A stretch of DNA of 64,000 nucleotides from Candidatus Micrarchaeota archaeon (GTDB lineage Archaea > Micrarchaeota > Micrarchaeia > Norongarragalinales > Norongarragalinaceae), in contig JACQQD010000005.1 of the NCBI GenBank assembly GCA_016207165.1, forward strand, positions 31,871-95,870, given 5' to 3'. Shown one piece after another: positions 9,906-19,530 of the stretch (positions are counted from its first letter, which is position 1; every line of letters starts with the position of its first letter). The notes below the pieces were generated by a model. That model was not told the origin of the DNA. It saw nothing but the letters and a program-made list of their open reading frames with translations, and did not search any database. A program made the position numbers and the translations under genes.

Positions 9906-12900
9906 GTGGCGGACCTAAAAGAACAATACGAGGCGTGGATGACGTCGCTGGAAGAAAAAGGCATCCCCCAACCCCGTCTCCTCGTCCCGCTGCTGGTCGT
10001 CGTCATCGCCGCCGGCTTGCTGTTTTACGCCGTCCCCAACCTCTTCACGCCCCAGTCCACCGTCACATTCACCGTGCAAAATGAAGAAGGCCAAGCCGTG
10101 CCCAACGCCGCCGTCGAACTCACGGCCAACACCGAAACAAAAACCAGCCAGACGGACGCCTTGGGCAAGGTGTCATTTACCGTGCCAGCCGACCAACGCC
10201 TCCGCGTGAAAGTCACGCACTCGAAATACGAGGAGTACATCAACAACCAATTCAGTTACACGCAAAGCCAAGTCCGGCTCCAAGCCAAGTTCGCCGCCGC
10301 CGAACAATCCTACACCGTGCAAGTCGTCTCCGACCAAGGAAGCCCGCTTCAGGACGCGTTGGTCGTGTTCAGCCTCGATGACGGAACCAGCCGCATCCAG
10401 ACCACCGACGCGTTGGGCCAAGCCCAAATCAACGTGAATCTGCCCAACCACATCAGCATCAAAGTCACCAAAGAAGGCTACAAAACCGAACAGGAAAGCG
10501 TGGCCGCGTCCGACCAGTCCCCGCGCCGGGAAGTCACGCTACGGAAAATCCAGGACGAAAAACCACAGACCCGCACCGTCACGCAACTCGTGCGCGTCGA
10601 AGACCAAAACGGCAACGCCGTCGACGACGTGAGAGTCACCCTGCTTGACGAAACCACGCAAATCGCCTTTGACACGGCGTACACCGACGCCTTCGGACAA
10701 AGCCGGTTTGACGACGTGGACGCGTCCAAGCGGTTCACCGTCTCCGTGGTGGACGACCGCGAACGCTTCTCCGCGTATGCAACGCCGTTTGCCTACACGG
10801 CCAGCAACTCCGAAGCCATCACCGTCCGCTTGACGGCCGTCCAACGAGAAAAGCAACTGCAAATCACAGTCAAGGATGACAAAGCCAACAGCGTGGCGGA
10901 CGCCACGGTGCGCGTATACGACCGCGCCAAGAAGCACTTCATTTCTTCCAAGGCCACCGACTCCGCCGGAAAAGCGGTGTTCCAACTGGAAGCCGAAAGC
11001 GCGTACGTGACCGTCTACAGCGAAGGCTTCCTGCCGGAAGTCTTCTTCGCCAAGAACACCGACGAAAAAACAGTGACCCTCAAATCCGCTGAAGGCGCGA
11101 CTGTGCAAGTTGAAGTCACGGTTCAAAAGCAATTGGATCCCCAACCCAACGCCGACGTGCAACTGTTTAGCTCGGATGGCTTCCCGTTGGGCGTGCCGGA
11201 ACAAGCCACGGGAACCGACGGCATCGCCACCTTTCAAATCCCCCGCAAAAACCAGGGATTTTACGCCGAAGCCGCGCTGGGACTGGATTTGGGCCGAAGC
11301 GACATTGCGGTGGCATCCAACGATGCGGAACTCTTCATCCACTTGGAATCACCCAAAGCCACCCTGAAAGTCAACGTGCGCGATGCCGGCACCAAGCAGA
11401 AAACAAGTCAAGCCGTCGTCCGGTTGGTGGACTCTACGACGAAAGCCGAATGCACGACCACCAACGGCTCCTGCACCCTGAACGTGCCCACGGACGTTGA
11501 ATTCCGCGTCCTCGTCGAGCACCCCCAGTATTTACCATACCAGTCCGCCCTCCAATTCATTCCCGCCGGCACCCCAAACCAGGACCACGACGTGGCATTG
11601 TACCCCAAAGCGCTCACCGACGGCGCCGCGGTTTCCTTCCAGGGCTTCTTTACTTCCGAGGGACAGCGCGTGCATGAAACCGGCAACGCCCAACGCCTCG
11701 AAGCCCGCTTTGCCGTGACGCTGCCAGTAGCCAAACCCGAGGACGCCGCGCGCTTTACCGTATGGGTGGGTCAGAACGACGTGGACCAAAACAACGCCGG
11801 CATTTTGTCCGTGGACGGGCCCGACTCGTTTTACACCGGCACGACGCCGCTTCAAGCCTGCAACCCCTCGGAGAACCTCGCCGAAGACCTGGGTTTGGCG
11901 CAGTGGGCGGTTTTTGATTTCCCGAACGGCTTTTCCGGCACGCAACAAGTCATCCTGGACGTCTTCGTCAAGCCCGACGCCAAAGCGTCCGACGACGTGG
12001 TCTTGGAATACCGCTTGCACGGCATCCGCAACAACCTGCCCGTCACGGTGCCACTGGACGCCGAAAAACTCCAAAGCCTCTTGGGCGGAACGGTGACGGA
12101 CGCCGACTTCTGCGGCGCCAAAACCCAAACGCAAAAATTGCCTATAGCCAAAGACGTGCTGACGTGCGACGAGAACCTCTGCCAGAAAGCCGTGTTTGAA
12201 ACCGCCGACGGCACGCGCCTGACCAACGCCCCCGAAATCACGTTGGGGCAAACATTCACCTTGGACTTGGCCTTCGTCGGCCTTCAAAGCGGCGTGGCGC
12301 AAGTCACCGTGGACGCGCCGGAATCCGTGGACTTGCTCTCGTTACAACCCCTAACCCCCTCTACCAACGCGAACAACTCGGAACTGGCCACCAACCGCCT
12401 GACGCTTCCCCTGGATGCCGCCGCCGGCGAAAAAGCCGAACTGCAACTGAAGGCCAAAGCCGTGCGGGCCACCCCGTTTGCCGAACTGCTGGTAACGGTA
12501 CAGGACGTCGACGGATTCGAAACGGAAATCCGGAAAAACGTCCTGGTTTCCGGCACCAACCGCTTCTCCGTACAAACCAACCCCGAGGAACTGGAAGCCG
12601 GACTCCAACAACTCTTGCGCGTCACGGTCAAAGACCAACTCCAACGCCCCATCGAGGACGCCGTGGTGACGTTGTACGAATGCGACGGCGTACCTTTAAA
12701 CGGCCAGGAACTGGAAATCACGGAAAACCAGAACGGCGTGTACACGCAACGCATGGAGCCTTCCTCCCTGGGAATCATCGGCGTGCGCGTGCAACACATT
12801 GAATTCAAAACATTCGACGAATGCATTCTCCCCGTAACCGCCACGGACTTTTTGGAAGCCGAACCCGAATCCCTGACTCTCACCGGCGACACCAAAACGG

Positions 12901-15900
12901 AGTCCGTCACCGAAAAAATAACGGTTTCCAGTTTAATTGACGTCAAAAGCAAGCTCTCCTCCACCATTTCTTGTAGCGACGAAAACGACGAGAAAGCATC
13001 AGCTCCCTTCACCGTCTCTCCCAAAGCGCTGACTCTTAAAGACACGGCCACCGTGGACTTGACGGCCAAGAAGACCACGTTCAAAGGCCGATGCGACGTC
13101 GTGTTCACCGCCAAAGCCAACAACGACAACATCGCCGCCGCCATTGTGGCGGTTCAAGTCGACTTGAAGGGCCCGCCCAAACCCGAAGAACTCTGTCCCC
13201 AAACCGCCCGCTGCCTGCCGCCATCCGACGGAAGAGAACTGCGTTGCACGGCGTCACGCCTTTTGTGCGACGATGAAACGCTGTCTTGCTTCCAATGCAA
13301 CCTGGGTCCCCAAACCATTCCCTCCCAAATCAGTTTGAGCGTGTCGAACTTCCAAAGCGACGACGTGAAAACCTTTGCCGTCGCGCTGGAAGACCAACCC
13401 GAGGAATGCCGAGTGGAAGGCTTCAAAAACAATCCCGCCCTCTCGCCCTACGGCCCAAGCAACCCCTACAGTCAAAACCCGTTCCAGCAATACCAAAACC
13501 CGTACTACTCACCCTACCAATCCACCAACTTCAACTACTGGAATTACCAACCCAACGGCTACCAACACTACCCAACGAATCCGTTTGACGTGGCCACCCC
13601 CGAAGAGCGCCAAGGCGACTTCCAATCCCTCCTCTCCCAACTCTCGCCCTATTGCCAACGCTTTTTGCACCAATACACGCCCTACAACGCGTACCAGAAC
13701 TACTACGGCACCAACTACCAAGACCCCTGGAACACGCAAGGCTCACCCTACCAATCCCAGTACCAGTATCCCCAAACCTCACAATACCAGTACTCGCAAA
13801 ACCGGCCCACCGTCTCGGTGACGGCCACCTGCACGCGCACCGAAATCGTGGTATCCGCCCAGTACACCGGCGGCGACCAACAATTTGGCGCCGGCCTTGG
13901 CGGCCAACAACGCGGCATCTTGCTGGTGCGCGCCGGCGGACAAACCAAGCAAGTTCCCGTCACCGTCCAAGTCCAAACCCCCTCCCAACCCGGATTCTTC
14001 CCGCAAGGCTATCCCACCAGCCAAATCCCACCCCAATGCCTGTACGAACTCCAGCAACTCCAACAAAAACAGCAAACCCAGGAAGAGGGTCTTGACGCCT
14101 CCGGATTGCCGGACGCCATCGACGTCTACTACAACAAGTACACCGGAAAAGGCGGGTGGGAGCGCGAACTCAAGCCACCCCAGAACGCGCAAGACCTCCA
14201 ACGCACCCAGCCGACGGGTTCCAAAGCCCGCGTGACAGTAGGGTATACCGGCAACAAGCTACGCGTGGACGTGCAATGCCCAGTTGACAAGGAAGGAGCC
14301 GTGGATTGCGGCGGAACCGCGGAATTCCAAGCCACCTGGCGCATCGGCCAAGTGCAGCAAACCCAGAAGAAACGCACCATCCGCTTCCTGGAAGACCCCT
14401 TCAGCCCGGCTGTCCTCCAACTCGTGGTGGGCCAAACCGGAAAAGACGCCGCGCAATACAGCGTGCAAGCCAACACCGACTTCAGCAAAGCCAAATGCCA
14501 AGGCGTTTCCGGCGTGACGTGCTCCGGCGACTCCATCACCGCTACAACTTCAACCGCAATCAACAAAGACCTGGAAATCTCGGGCACCGACGACTTCGCC
14601 ATCCGCTTCATCCCCGTCCGCGCCTCCACCATCCAGAACCGCGTCGACATCAATTTGGAAGACAAACAAAGTGACGCCGTCACCATCGCTTTTCAACCCA
14701 AACTCTTAGTCGAACCCACGTGCGAACCCGACGAAAAACTCAAAACCGTTCTGACCATCGAGAAATGCACGAAAGACGGCGTGGTTTTGAAAGCCGCGCG
14801 CCCCCCAAGCACTGAACCCGTCAGCGGCACCATCAAATTCAGTTTCGCCGACAGCGTTCGGGCGACCACCGACAACCCGCCCTCCATTACGGTTGTTGTG
14901 ACGCGGACGGAACCCAAGCGTCCAACCATTAACAGCGTGGAACCCCGCATCGCCGGCCAGGAAAGCACCATCGTCTACACGTTCCCCGACGGCTCGGACG
15001 CCGAAAAAAGCAAGATCACCGTCACCCTGAAAAAAACCGATGGAACCGACGCCGGCACCAAGGAATTCAAGAAAGCCGACGGATTGGCGCAAAGCGGGTC
15101 CATCAAGTACACGCCGCAAGTCGTGGGCACCTTGAACGTGCAGGCCGTCACGGAAATCAACGGAAAAGAAGTCAAATCCGACGTTTTCCCCGCCGAAATC
15201 ACCGTCAAAGAACAAGCGCAAACCACGGACACGACGACGCCCGGCAAGTCCACGGACTCCGGAATTTTGTCCAACTTGCAAGTCAGCAAGCCCAGCGGGC
15301 CAGTCCCAATGACGATCACCGCCACGTTTGCCGGCGAGAAAACGACCTGGAAGAAATACGTGTTAAGCGTGCAAGCCGATGCGTCCAACAAAATCACGCC
15401 GTTTGAAAGCCAAACCAAGGACGTCGACTTTAGTGGTACCACGTTCACGCTGAAGCTTTACCCCAACACGCCGGCGATAACTTCTGGCGCCTACGACGAA
15501 ATCAAGACGCTACTTGAAAAACACGGCAAGGCCACCTTCACGCTGGAGGCGTTGGACGCCAGCAATAAGGTAATCGGGAAAAGTTCCATCGAGAAGACGG
15601 CAGCAGACCTCGGCTTTACAGCCAGCACGGCCCCGACAAGCCCCAGCGCGCCGGGAACGACGACCGGAGCGTACTTCGTCGCCGCGAGCCTGGACGCGTC
15701 CCAGCATGCAGTGGTGAGCGGCTCCGAATCGGTGGAACAAAGAATCACGATGCGATTTAACAAGGAGGCGCTGGACAAGCTCAACAGCCCGGGGTTGAAG
15801 TTTTCCATTCACTATTCGGAAGACCTCGAAGCCACAGACGACGTCATCGGATCCAAGGCATTGGCATTTGAAACCAGCGTCCTGCCGTTGACGAAAGCCA

Positions 15901-16760
15901 AGGGCACGGGCGCCACGCGAATCATATCGTATGCGTTTCAGTTTAACGGCTTTAGGTGGCCGAACGGTAAACCTGCGATGGGCAAAACAGGTTCAGGCAA
16001 ATACTACGTAAAAATTACCCTCGTTTCAGAAGGAAAAACCGTAGAAGAATTCGAAGGCGTCGACAAAACGAGCTTGCAGTTCACTATTGCCAAGCAATTG
16101 GCTCTGGATGCGACCTCGCAAATCCTTGAGAAAAACCCAGTCGGATACCCGCCGGGATCCTACATCGTATTGTTGACAAAGAAAGAATTGTCCAGTGGCT
16201 TGGGTCCACCCGTAACACTTGAATTTGGTGATGGAGCGACCAAAAAAACGCTGGCTTTGCATTACCTATACTACCGGCAAGCACACGTCTCAATTTTCAG
16301 CGGTGAAGGAACAGATTCGCAAATTGCATGCGGGTATTACTGGCTTGGGCGGGGCAGTGACATGCGGTTGGAAACGAACTGGGGCAGTTCAATACCCGCA
16401 ACAACGGCCGCGACGCTAACAGGAATCGGTGTGACCGGAGCCGGTGTTCTGCACGTAACAGGAATTGCAGGCGCCGCGACGGCCGGGACTGGATTCGCAT
16501 TGGGAAGCATCCCGACCATTGCAGCACTGATTCCAGGTCCAGGATGGGCCGCAATTGCAATAGGAGGCGTAGTTGCCGGCGGAGTGGTAGCCTATAATTA
16601 CTTCAAGTCGGATACGGTCACCTGTGGCAACGCGGGACTCAAAGTGACACTCAAGCTGGCGACGTTCCCACCCGGAGCTACATACGAAACGGGCTGGAAA
16701 TGGGGCCGAGGATACGAAAATGCGCGAGTGGTCCTAATCGTGTCTCCAGTCACCTCGTAA
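9906..16760 (+). CDS. giant (2284 aa) membrane-anchored surface/adhesin-like protein with repeated beta-sandwich (carboxypeptidase-regulatory-like) modules
   Basis: Single long ORF. It has an N-terminal TM helix (LLVPLLVVVIAAGLLFYAV) and recurring modules of the type 'V.V.d..G.p...A.V......tD..G...f.v'. A Q/N/Y/P-rich insert and a near-C-terminal PGW+TM+K segment are also present. Confidence 0.85.
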   Translation: MADLKEQYEAWMTSLEEKGIPQPRLLVPLLVVVIAAGLLFYAVPNLFTPQSTVTFTVQNEEGQAVPNAAVELTANTETKTSQTDALGKVSFTVPADQRLRVKVTHSKYEEYINNQFSYTQSQVRLQAKFAAAEQSYTVQVVSDQGSPLQDALVVFSLDDGTSRIQTTDALGQAQINVNLPNHISIKVTKEGYKTEQESVAASDQSPRREVTLRKIQDEKPQTRTVTQLVRVEDQNGNAVDDVRVTLLDETTQIAFDTAYTDAFGQSRFDDVDASKRFTVSVVDDRERFSAYATPFAYTASNSEAITVRLTAVQREKQLQITVKDDKANSVADATVRVYDRAKKHFISSKATDSAGKAVFQLEAESAYVTVYSEGFLPEVFFAKNTDEKTVTLKSAEGATVQVEVTVQKQLDPQPNADVQLFSSDGFPLGVPEQATGTDGIATFQIPRKNQGFYAEAALGLDLGRSDIAVASNDAELFIHLESPKATLKVNVRDAGTKQKTSQAVVRLVDSTTKAECTTTNGSCTLNVPTDVEFRVLVEHPQYLPYQSALQFIPAGTPNQDHDVALYPKALTDGAAVSFQGFFTSEGQRVHETGNAQRLEARFAVTLPVAKPEDAARFTVWVGQNDVDQNNAGILSVDGPDSFYTGTTPLQACNPSENLAEDLGLAQWAVFDFPNGFSGTQQVILDVFVKPDAKASDDVVLEYRLHGIRNNLPVTVPLDAEKLQSLLGGTVTDADFCGAKTQTQKLPIAKDVLTCDENLCQKAVFETADGTRLTNAPEITLGQTFTLDLAFVGLQSGVAQVTVDAPESVDLLSLQPLTPSTNANNSELATNRLTLPLDAAAGEKAELQLKAKAVRATPFAELLVTVQDVDGFETEIRKNVLVSGTNRFSVQTNPEELEAGLQQLLRVTVKDQLQRPIEDAVVTLYECDGVPLNGQELEITENQNGVYTQRMEPSSLGIIGVRVQHIEFKTFDECILPVTATDFLEAEPESLTLTGDTKTESVTEKITVSSLIDVKSKLSSTISCSDENDEKASAPFTVSPKALTLKDTATVDLTAKKTTFKGRCDVVFTAKANNDNIAAAIVAVQVDLKGPPKPEELCPQTARCLPPSDGRELRCTASRLLCDDETLSCFQCNLGPQTIPSQISLSVSNFQSDDVKTFAVALEDQPEECRVEGFKNNPALSPYGPSNPYSQNPFQQYQNPYYSPYQSTNFNYWNYQPNGYQHYPTNPFDVATPEERQGDFQSLLSQLSPYCQRFLHQYTPYNAYQNYYGTNYQDPWNTQGSPYQSQYQYPQTSQYQYSQNRPTVSVTATCTRTEIVVSAQYTGGDQQFGAGLGGQQRGILLVRAGGQTKQVPVTVQVQTPSQPGFFPQGYPTSQIPPQCLYELQQLQQKQQTQEEGLDASGLPDAIDVYYNKYTGKGGWERELKPPQNAQDLQRTQPTGSKARVTVGYTGNKLRVDVQCPVDKEGAVDCGGTAEFQATWRIGQVQQTQKKRTIRFLEDPFSPAVLQLVVGQTGKDAAQYSVQANTDFSKAKCQGVSGVTCSGDSITATTSTAINKDLEISGTDDFAIRFIPVRASTIQNRVDINLEDKQSDAVTIAFQPKLLVEPTCEPDEKLKTVLTIEKCTKDGVVLKAARPPSTEPVSGTIKFSFADSVRATTDNPPSITVVVTRTEPKRPTINSVEPRIAGQESTIVYTFPDGSDAEKSKITVTLKKTDGTDAGTKEFKKADGLAQSGSIKYTPQVVGTLNVQAVTEINGKEVKSDVFPAEITVKEQAQTTDTTTPGKSTDSGILSNLQVSKPSGPVPMTITATFAGEKTTWKKYVLSVQADASNKITPFESQTKDVDFSGTTFTLKLYPNTPAITSGAYDEIKTLLEKHGKATFTLEALDASNKVIGKSSIEKTAADLGFTASTAPTSPSAPGTTTGAYFVAASLDASQHAVVSGSESVEQRITMRFNKEALDKLNSPGLKFSIHYSEDLEATDDVIGSKALAFETSVLPLTKAKGTGATRIISYAFQFNGFRWPNGKPAMGKTGSGKYYVKITLVSEGKTVEEFEGVDKTSLQFTIAKQLALDATSQILEKNPVGYPPGSYIVLLTKKELSSGLGPPVTLEFGDGATKKTLALHYLYYRQAHVSIFSGEGTDSQIACGYYWLGRGSDMRLETNWGSSIPATTAATLTGIGVTGAGVLHVTGIAGAATAGTGFALGSIPTIAALIPGPGWAAIAIGGVVAGGVVAYNYFKSDTVTCGNAGLKVTLKLATFPPGATYETGWKWGRGYENARVVLIVSPVTS

Positions 16761-16767
16761 ACATTTA

Positions 16768-16890
16768 ATGAATGCAGTGAGTGCCGGGAAGCCTGAGCCC
16801 GACGCAATCCAGCGCGGGCTGTCGGGGAAAATCACGTTGCATTCGAAAAAGCCATCGGGATTAAAAACGTTCAAGCAAACAAGTAAATGA
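16768..16890 (+). pseudogene. decayed duplicate of the ndk 5' end
   Basis: 16796-16836 (agcccgacgcaatccagcgcgggctgtcggggaaaatcac) matches ndk 17207-17247 (agcccgacgcggtccagcgcgggctcttgggaaaaatcac). It translates to ...KPEPDAIQRGLSGKIT, compared with ndk ...KPDAVQRGLLGKIT. Confidence 0.4.
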
Positions 16891-16900
16891 AGGGATTTGA

Positions 16901-17101
16901 ATGACGGCGACCATTACGCTTCCCGTGCCGGTGGTTCGGGACTTGAACCGCAAACTGTCGGAGTTGGAGGAAATCCTGGAAACCATTGAAATTCTTTCCG
17001 ACGAGCAGCTTGTGGCGGGCATTGAAAAAGGCCAGAAAGACATCAAAGAAGGCCGATACAAGAAAATCAATTCCTTAAAAGAATTGGATTTTTTGGGCTG
17101 A
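16901..17101 (+). CDS. small antitoxin-like protein (RelB/Phd-like by context)
   Basis: 66-aa ORF, helical and charged, followed 9 nt later by a toxin-like start that is truncated. Confidence 0.45.
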   Translation: MTATITLPVPVVRDLNRKLSELEEILETIEILSDEQLVAGIEKGQKDIKEGRYKKINSLKELDFLG

Positions 17102-17110
17102 ACGGACAAC

Positions 17111-17149
17111 ATGCCGCTGATCTTGTCCGACGAATTCCAGAAAGACTAA
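17111..17149 (+). pseudogene. 12-codon remnant of a RelE/ParE-like toxin gene
   Basis: The ORF reads MPLILSDEFQKD then a stop. It resembles the usual N-terminus of RelE-family toxins and sits in the toxin position after the antitoxin-like ORF. Confidence 0.25.
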
Positions 17150-17182
17150 GACGTGTACAAGTAAAAAAAACGGAAAAGGCCA

Positions 17183-17647
17183 ATGGAACAAACATTCGTC
17201 TTGTTAAAGCCCGACGCGGTCCAGCGCGGGCTCTTGGGAAAAATCACTTCCCGTCTCGAGGAGAAAGGCCTGCAATTGGTGGGGTTGAAGATGATCGTCT
17301 TGGGGGATGCGGTCTTGGACGAGCACTACGCGCACCTGAAAGACAAGCCGTTCTTTGCTGGAACCAAGAAGTTCATGAAGTCCGCTCCCGTCGTGGCGTC
17401 AGTTTGGCAAGGCAAAAACGCCGTTGCGGTGGTCAGAAAGCTTTGCGGCGTGACGAATTCGCGGGACGCCGAACCGGGAACCATTCGCGGCGACTTGGGC
17501 ATGAGCATCCAATGCAACTTGGTGCACGCGTCGGATTCCGTGGAAACCGCCAAGGCGGAAGTCAAGCGCTTTTTCAAACCCAATGAGCTCCACGCGTACA
17601 AGAAGACGTTGGACGCGCTCTCGTATTCAGAGGACGAACGACAATAA
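17183..17647 (+). CDS. ndk: nucleoside diphosphate kinase
   Basis: 154 aa with FVLLKPDAVQRGL, GTIRGD and the NLVHASDS active-site His region. Confidence 0.95.
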   Translation: MEQTFVLLKPDAVQRGLLGKITSRLEEKGLQLVGLKMIVLGDAVLDEHYAHLKDKPFFAGTKKFMKSAPVVASVWQGKNAVAVVRKLCGVTNSRDAEPGTIRGDLGMSIQCNLVHASDSVETAKAEVKRFFKPNELHAYKKTLDALSYSEDERQ

Positions 17648-17653
17648 GCCAAC

Positions 17654-17712
17654 TACCCACGAATTTGACTTACCCACAAATCTTATTAACCCACGAAATC
17701 ATTGAGTGGGTT
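17654..17712 (+). promoter_or_regulatory. possible VapB operator: three direct ACCCAC(G/A)AA repeats plus an inverted GTGGGT
   Basis: tacccacgaa (17654), tacccacaaa (17671), acccacgaaa (17689) and gtgggt (17706) lie immediately upstream of vapB. Confidence 0.3.
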
Positions 17713-17725
17713 GGAGGAGGGCTAA

Positions 17726-17959
17726 ATGGGTGAGTTTGTGAGGATGGATGACAGGCGGCGGGTGACGTTGCCTCTGGAGATGGCGGAACTGTTTTCGGAG
17801 GGCATCATTCGCGTCAAAAAACAGAAAGACAAAGTGGTGTTGGAGCCGGTGCATGACCCGTTCGGGAAATTCAAGGGGCTCTTGAAGGCCAAAAAACCCA
17901 TTCGGGAACTCCGGGACGAGTTGGATGGGGAGCTGTCCGCCGGAGAGATTGGATTGTGA
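17726..17959 (+). CDS. vapB: AbrB/SpoVT-type antitoxin VapB
   Basis: 77 aa with RRRVTLPLEMAELF..., a swapped-hairpin-like N-terminus. It overlaps the PIN gene by 4 nt. Confidence 0.7.
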   Translation: MGEFVRMDDRRRVTLPLEMAELFSEGIIRVKKQKDKVVLEPVHDPFGKFKGLLKAKKPIRELRDELDGELSAGEIGL

Positions 17960-18414
17960 GCAGCATGCACTTGGTTGAATGCGACTTGATTACCTCGTTG
18001 GCCGGTCACGGGAGCCATCAGGAAACGGCGCGCCGGCTTTTCAACGCCTGTGCCGCCGGAAAAATCCAGTTGACAGCCAGCGTCCAGGCGTTCCAAGAAA
18101 TGGATTTGCTGATCAAGCAAGGCAAAATAAAGATTGAAGTGCCGGCGGAAACGTTTTTTAGCGAGTTATTGGACTCGTTTGCGCAATTTGGAGTGCACGA
18201 ATTGCCGTTGGCGGGGGCGGACACTTCCAACAGCATTCGGTTTCGGAAAAAGTATAGGTTAACGTTCAATGACTCCTATTACGTGGCGCAAGCCTATCGG
18301 ACAGGGTACACGTTGCTGTCCCACGATCAACGGTACTCTTCCATCAAGGAAATCAAGACCGAGCACCCCCGTGACGCGTTGAAACGCCTTGAAGAGGGAA
18401 AGACGGCGTGGTGA
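17956..18414 (+). CDS. vapC: PIN-domain toxin VapC
   Basis: 152 aa with acidic positions in [23 protein letters not shown] and LLSHDQ, which fit the PIN pattern. Confidence 0.65.
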   Translation: MSSMHLVECDLITSLAGHGSHQETARRLFNACAAGKIQLTASVQAFQEMDLLIKQGKIKIEVPAETFFSELLDSFAQFGVHELPLAGADTSNSIRFRKKYRLTFNDSYYVAQAYRTGYTLLSHDQRYSSIKEIKTEHPRDALKRLEEGKTAW

Positions 18415-18845
18415 CCGTCATCAAAGTCCGCCTCGAAAAAGGCCAACTGCCGAAATACATGTCCAGCCACGCCTCCGGCGCCGACGTGTTTGCGGCCAAC
18501 GCCGAACCCATCGTGTTGAAACCCGGGGATTTCGCGCGCGTGCCGACGGGACTGCACGTCGAGATTCCGGAAGGATTTGAAATCCAGGTGCGGCCAAGAA
18601 GTGGATTGGCTTTCAAACACGGAGTCACCATCCTGAACGCGCCGGGCACCATTGACGCGGATTACCGGGGCGAAGTGCAAATCCTCTTGGTGAACCTGGG
18701 GAAAGATGCATTTACAATCCAAAAAGGCGAGCGCATCGCGCAACTGGTCGTCGCCAAAGTCGATCAAGCGCATTTCGAGGAAAGCCAAGCGTTGTCTGAC
18801 ACCAAACGCGGGCACGGCGGATTCGGCTCCACCGGAAAACACTAA
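18408..18845 (+). CDS. dut: dUTP diphosphatase (trimeric Dut type)
   Basis: 145 aa with [24 protein letters not shown] and GGFGSTG motifs. Confidence 0.9.
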   Translation: MVTVIKVRLEKGQLPKYMSSHASGADVFAANAEPIVLKPGDFARVPTGLHVEIPEGFEIQVRPRSGLAFKHGVTILNAPGTIDADYRGEVQILLVNLGKDAFTIQKGERIAQLVVAKVDQAHFEESQALSDTKRGHGGFGSTGKH

Positions 18846-18921
18846 CCCCCCCGTGAATTCTGCCAAAACGATTCGAAACCGCGTCCAAGCGCAAAGACAG
18901 GGGGCTCTAACCCAAAAAAAG

Positions 18922-19470
18922 TTAACGGCGCACTACCGCGTCAAAAAGCGCGACGGGGTCCGAAGAATAGTGGGCCTTGGCTTTTCTTCGGCGCGCCAGC
19001 GTTTGTTCCAATGTTTTGACGAACGACGCGGCACCCGGAGAATTCAAAACGCCCAACGGCTTTTCCGTTTCAAAGACCAAAGCCAATTCGCTCAGCGTCC
19101 CCCAACTGCCTTCCACGCAGAACACCCCGTCCGCGTCGTCAATCAAATGTGCGGAACGCCACGTAAAGTTTTTCACGTTGGACCAGTTTTTGTCCCCAAA
19201 GTACCGGATTTCCGTGAAAGCATCCAATGGCGAGGAAAACGAATGCACGTGGTGCTTTTCGTCTTGGGCCGGCGAGTAGCCAACCGTTTTTTCGCCGGAA
19301 AGGTGCGCGGCTTGGACCGCCGCATGCGGATACCCCGGACACGCACCGGACAAAAGCGTTAAGCCCTTCCCGGCGATGCGTTTTCCAAGCACTCGGCATT
19401 GTTCCAACAGTTTTTCGTCAAACGGCGGCGTAGAGCGGCCGATGACGGCAACGGTTTTCATGGGAAACAC
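18922..19470 (-). CDS. LOG/TIGR00725-like Rossmann-fold protein
   Basis: 182 aa with VAVIGRS...LLSGACPGYPHAA...GSWGTLSE. The start may be the M at 19461. Confidence 0.65.
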   Translation of the reverse strand: MFPMKTVAVIGRSTPPFDEKLLEQCRVLGKRIAGKGLTLLSGACPGYPHAAVQAAHLSGEKTVGYSPAQDEKHHVHSFSSPLDAFTEIRYFGDKNWSNVKNFTWRSAHLIDDADGVFCVEGSWGTLSELALVFETEKPLGVLNSPGAASFVKTLEQTLARRRKAKAHYSSDPVALFDAVVRR

Positions 19471-19530
19471 GGTTTTATAGGACGGAAAAGAAAAGGGTAA
19501 TGGTCAAAGGCTTTTTTTCGGTGAAACGAC

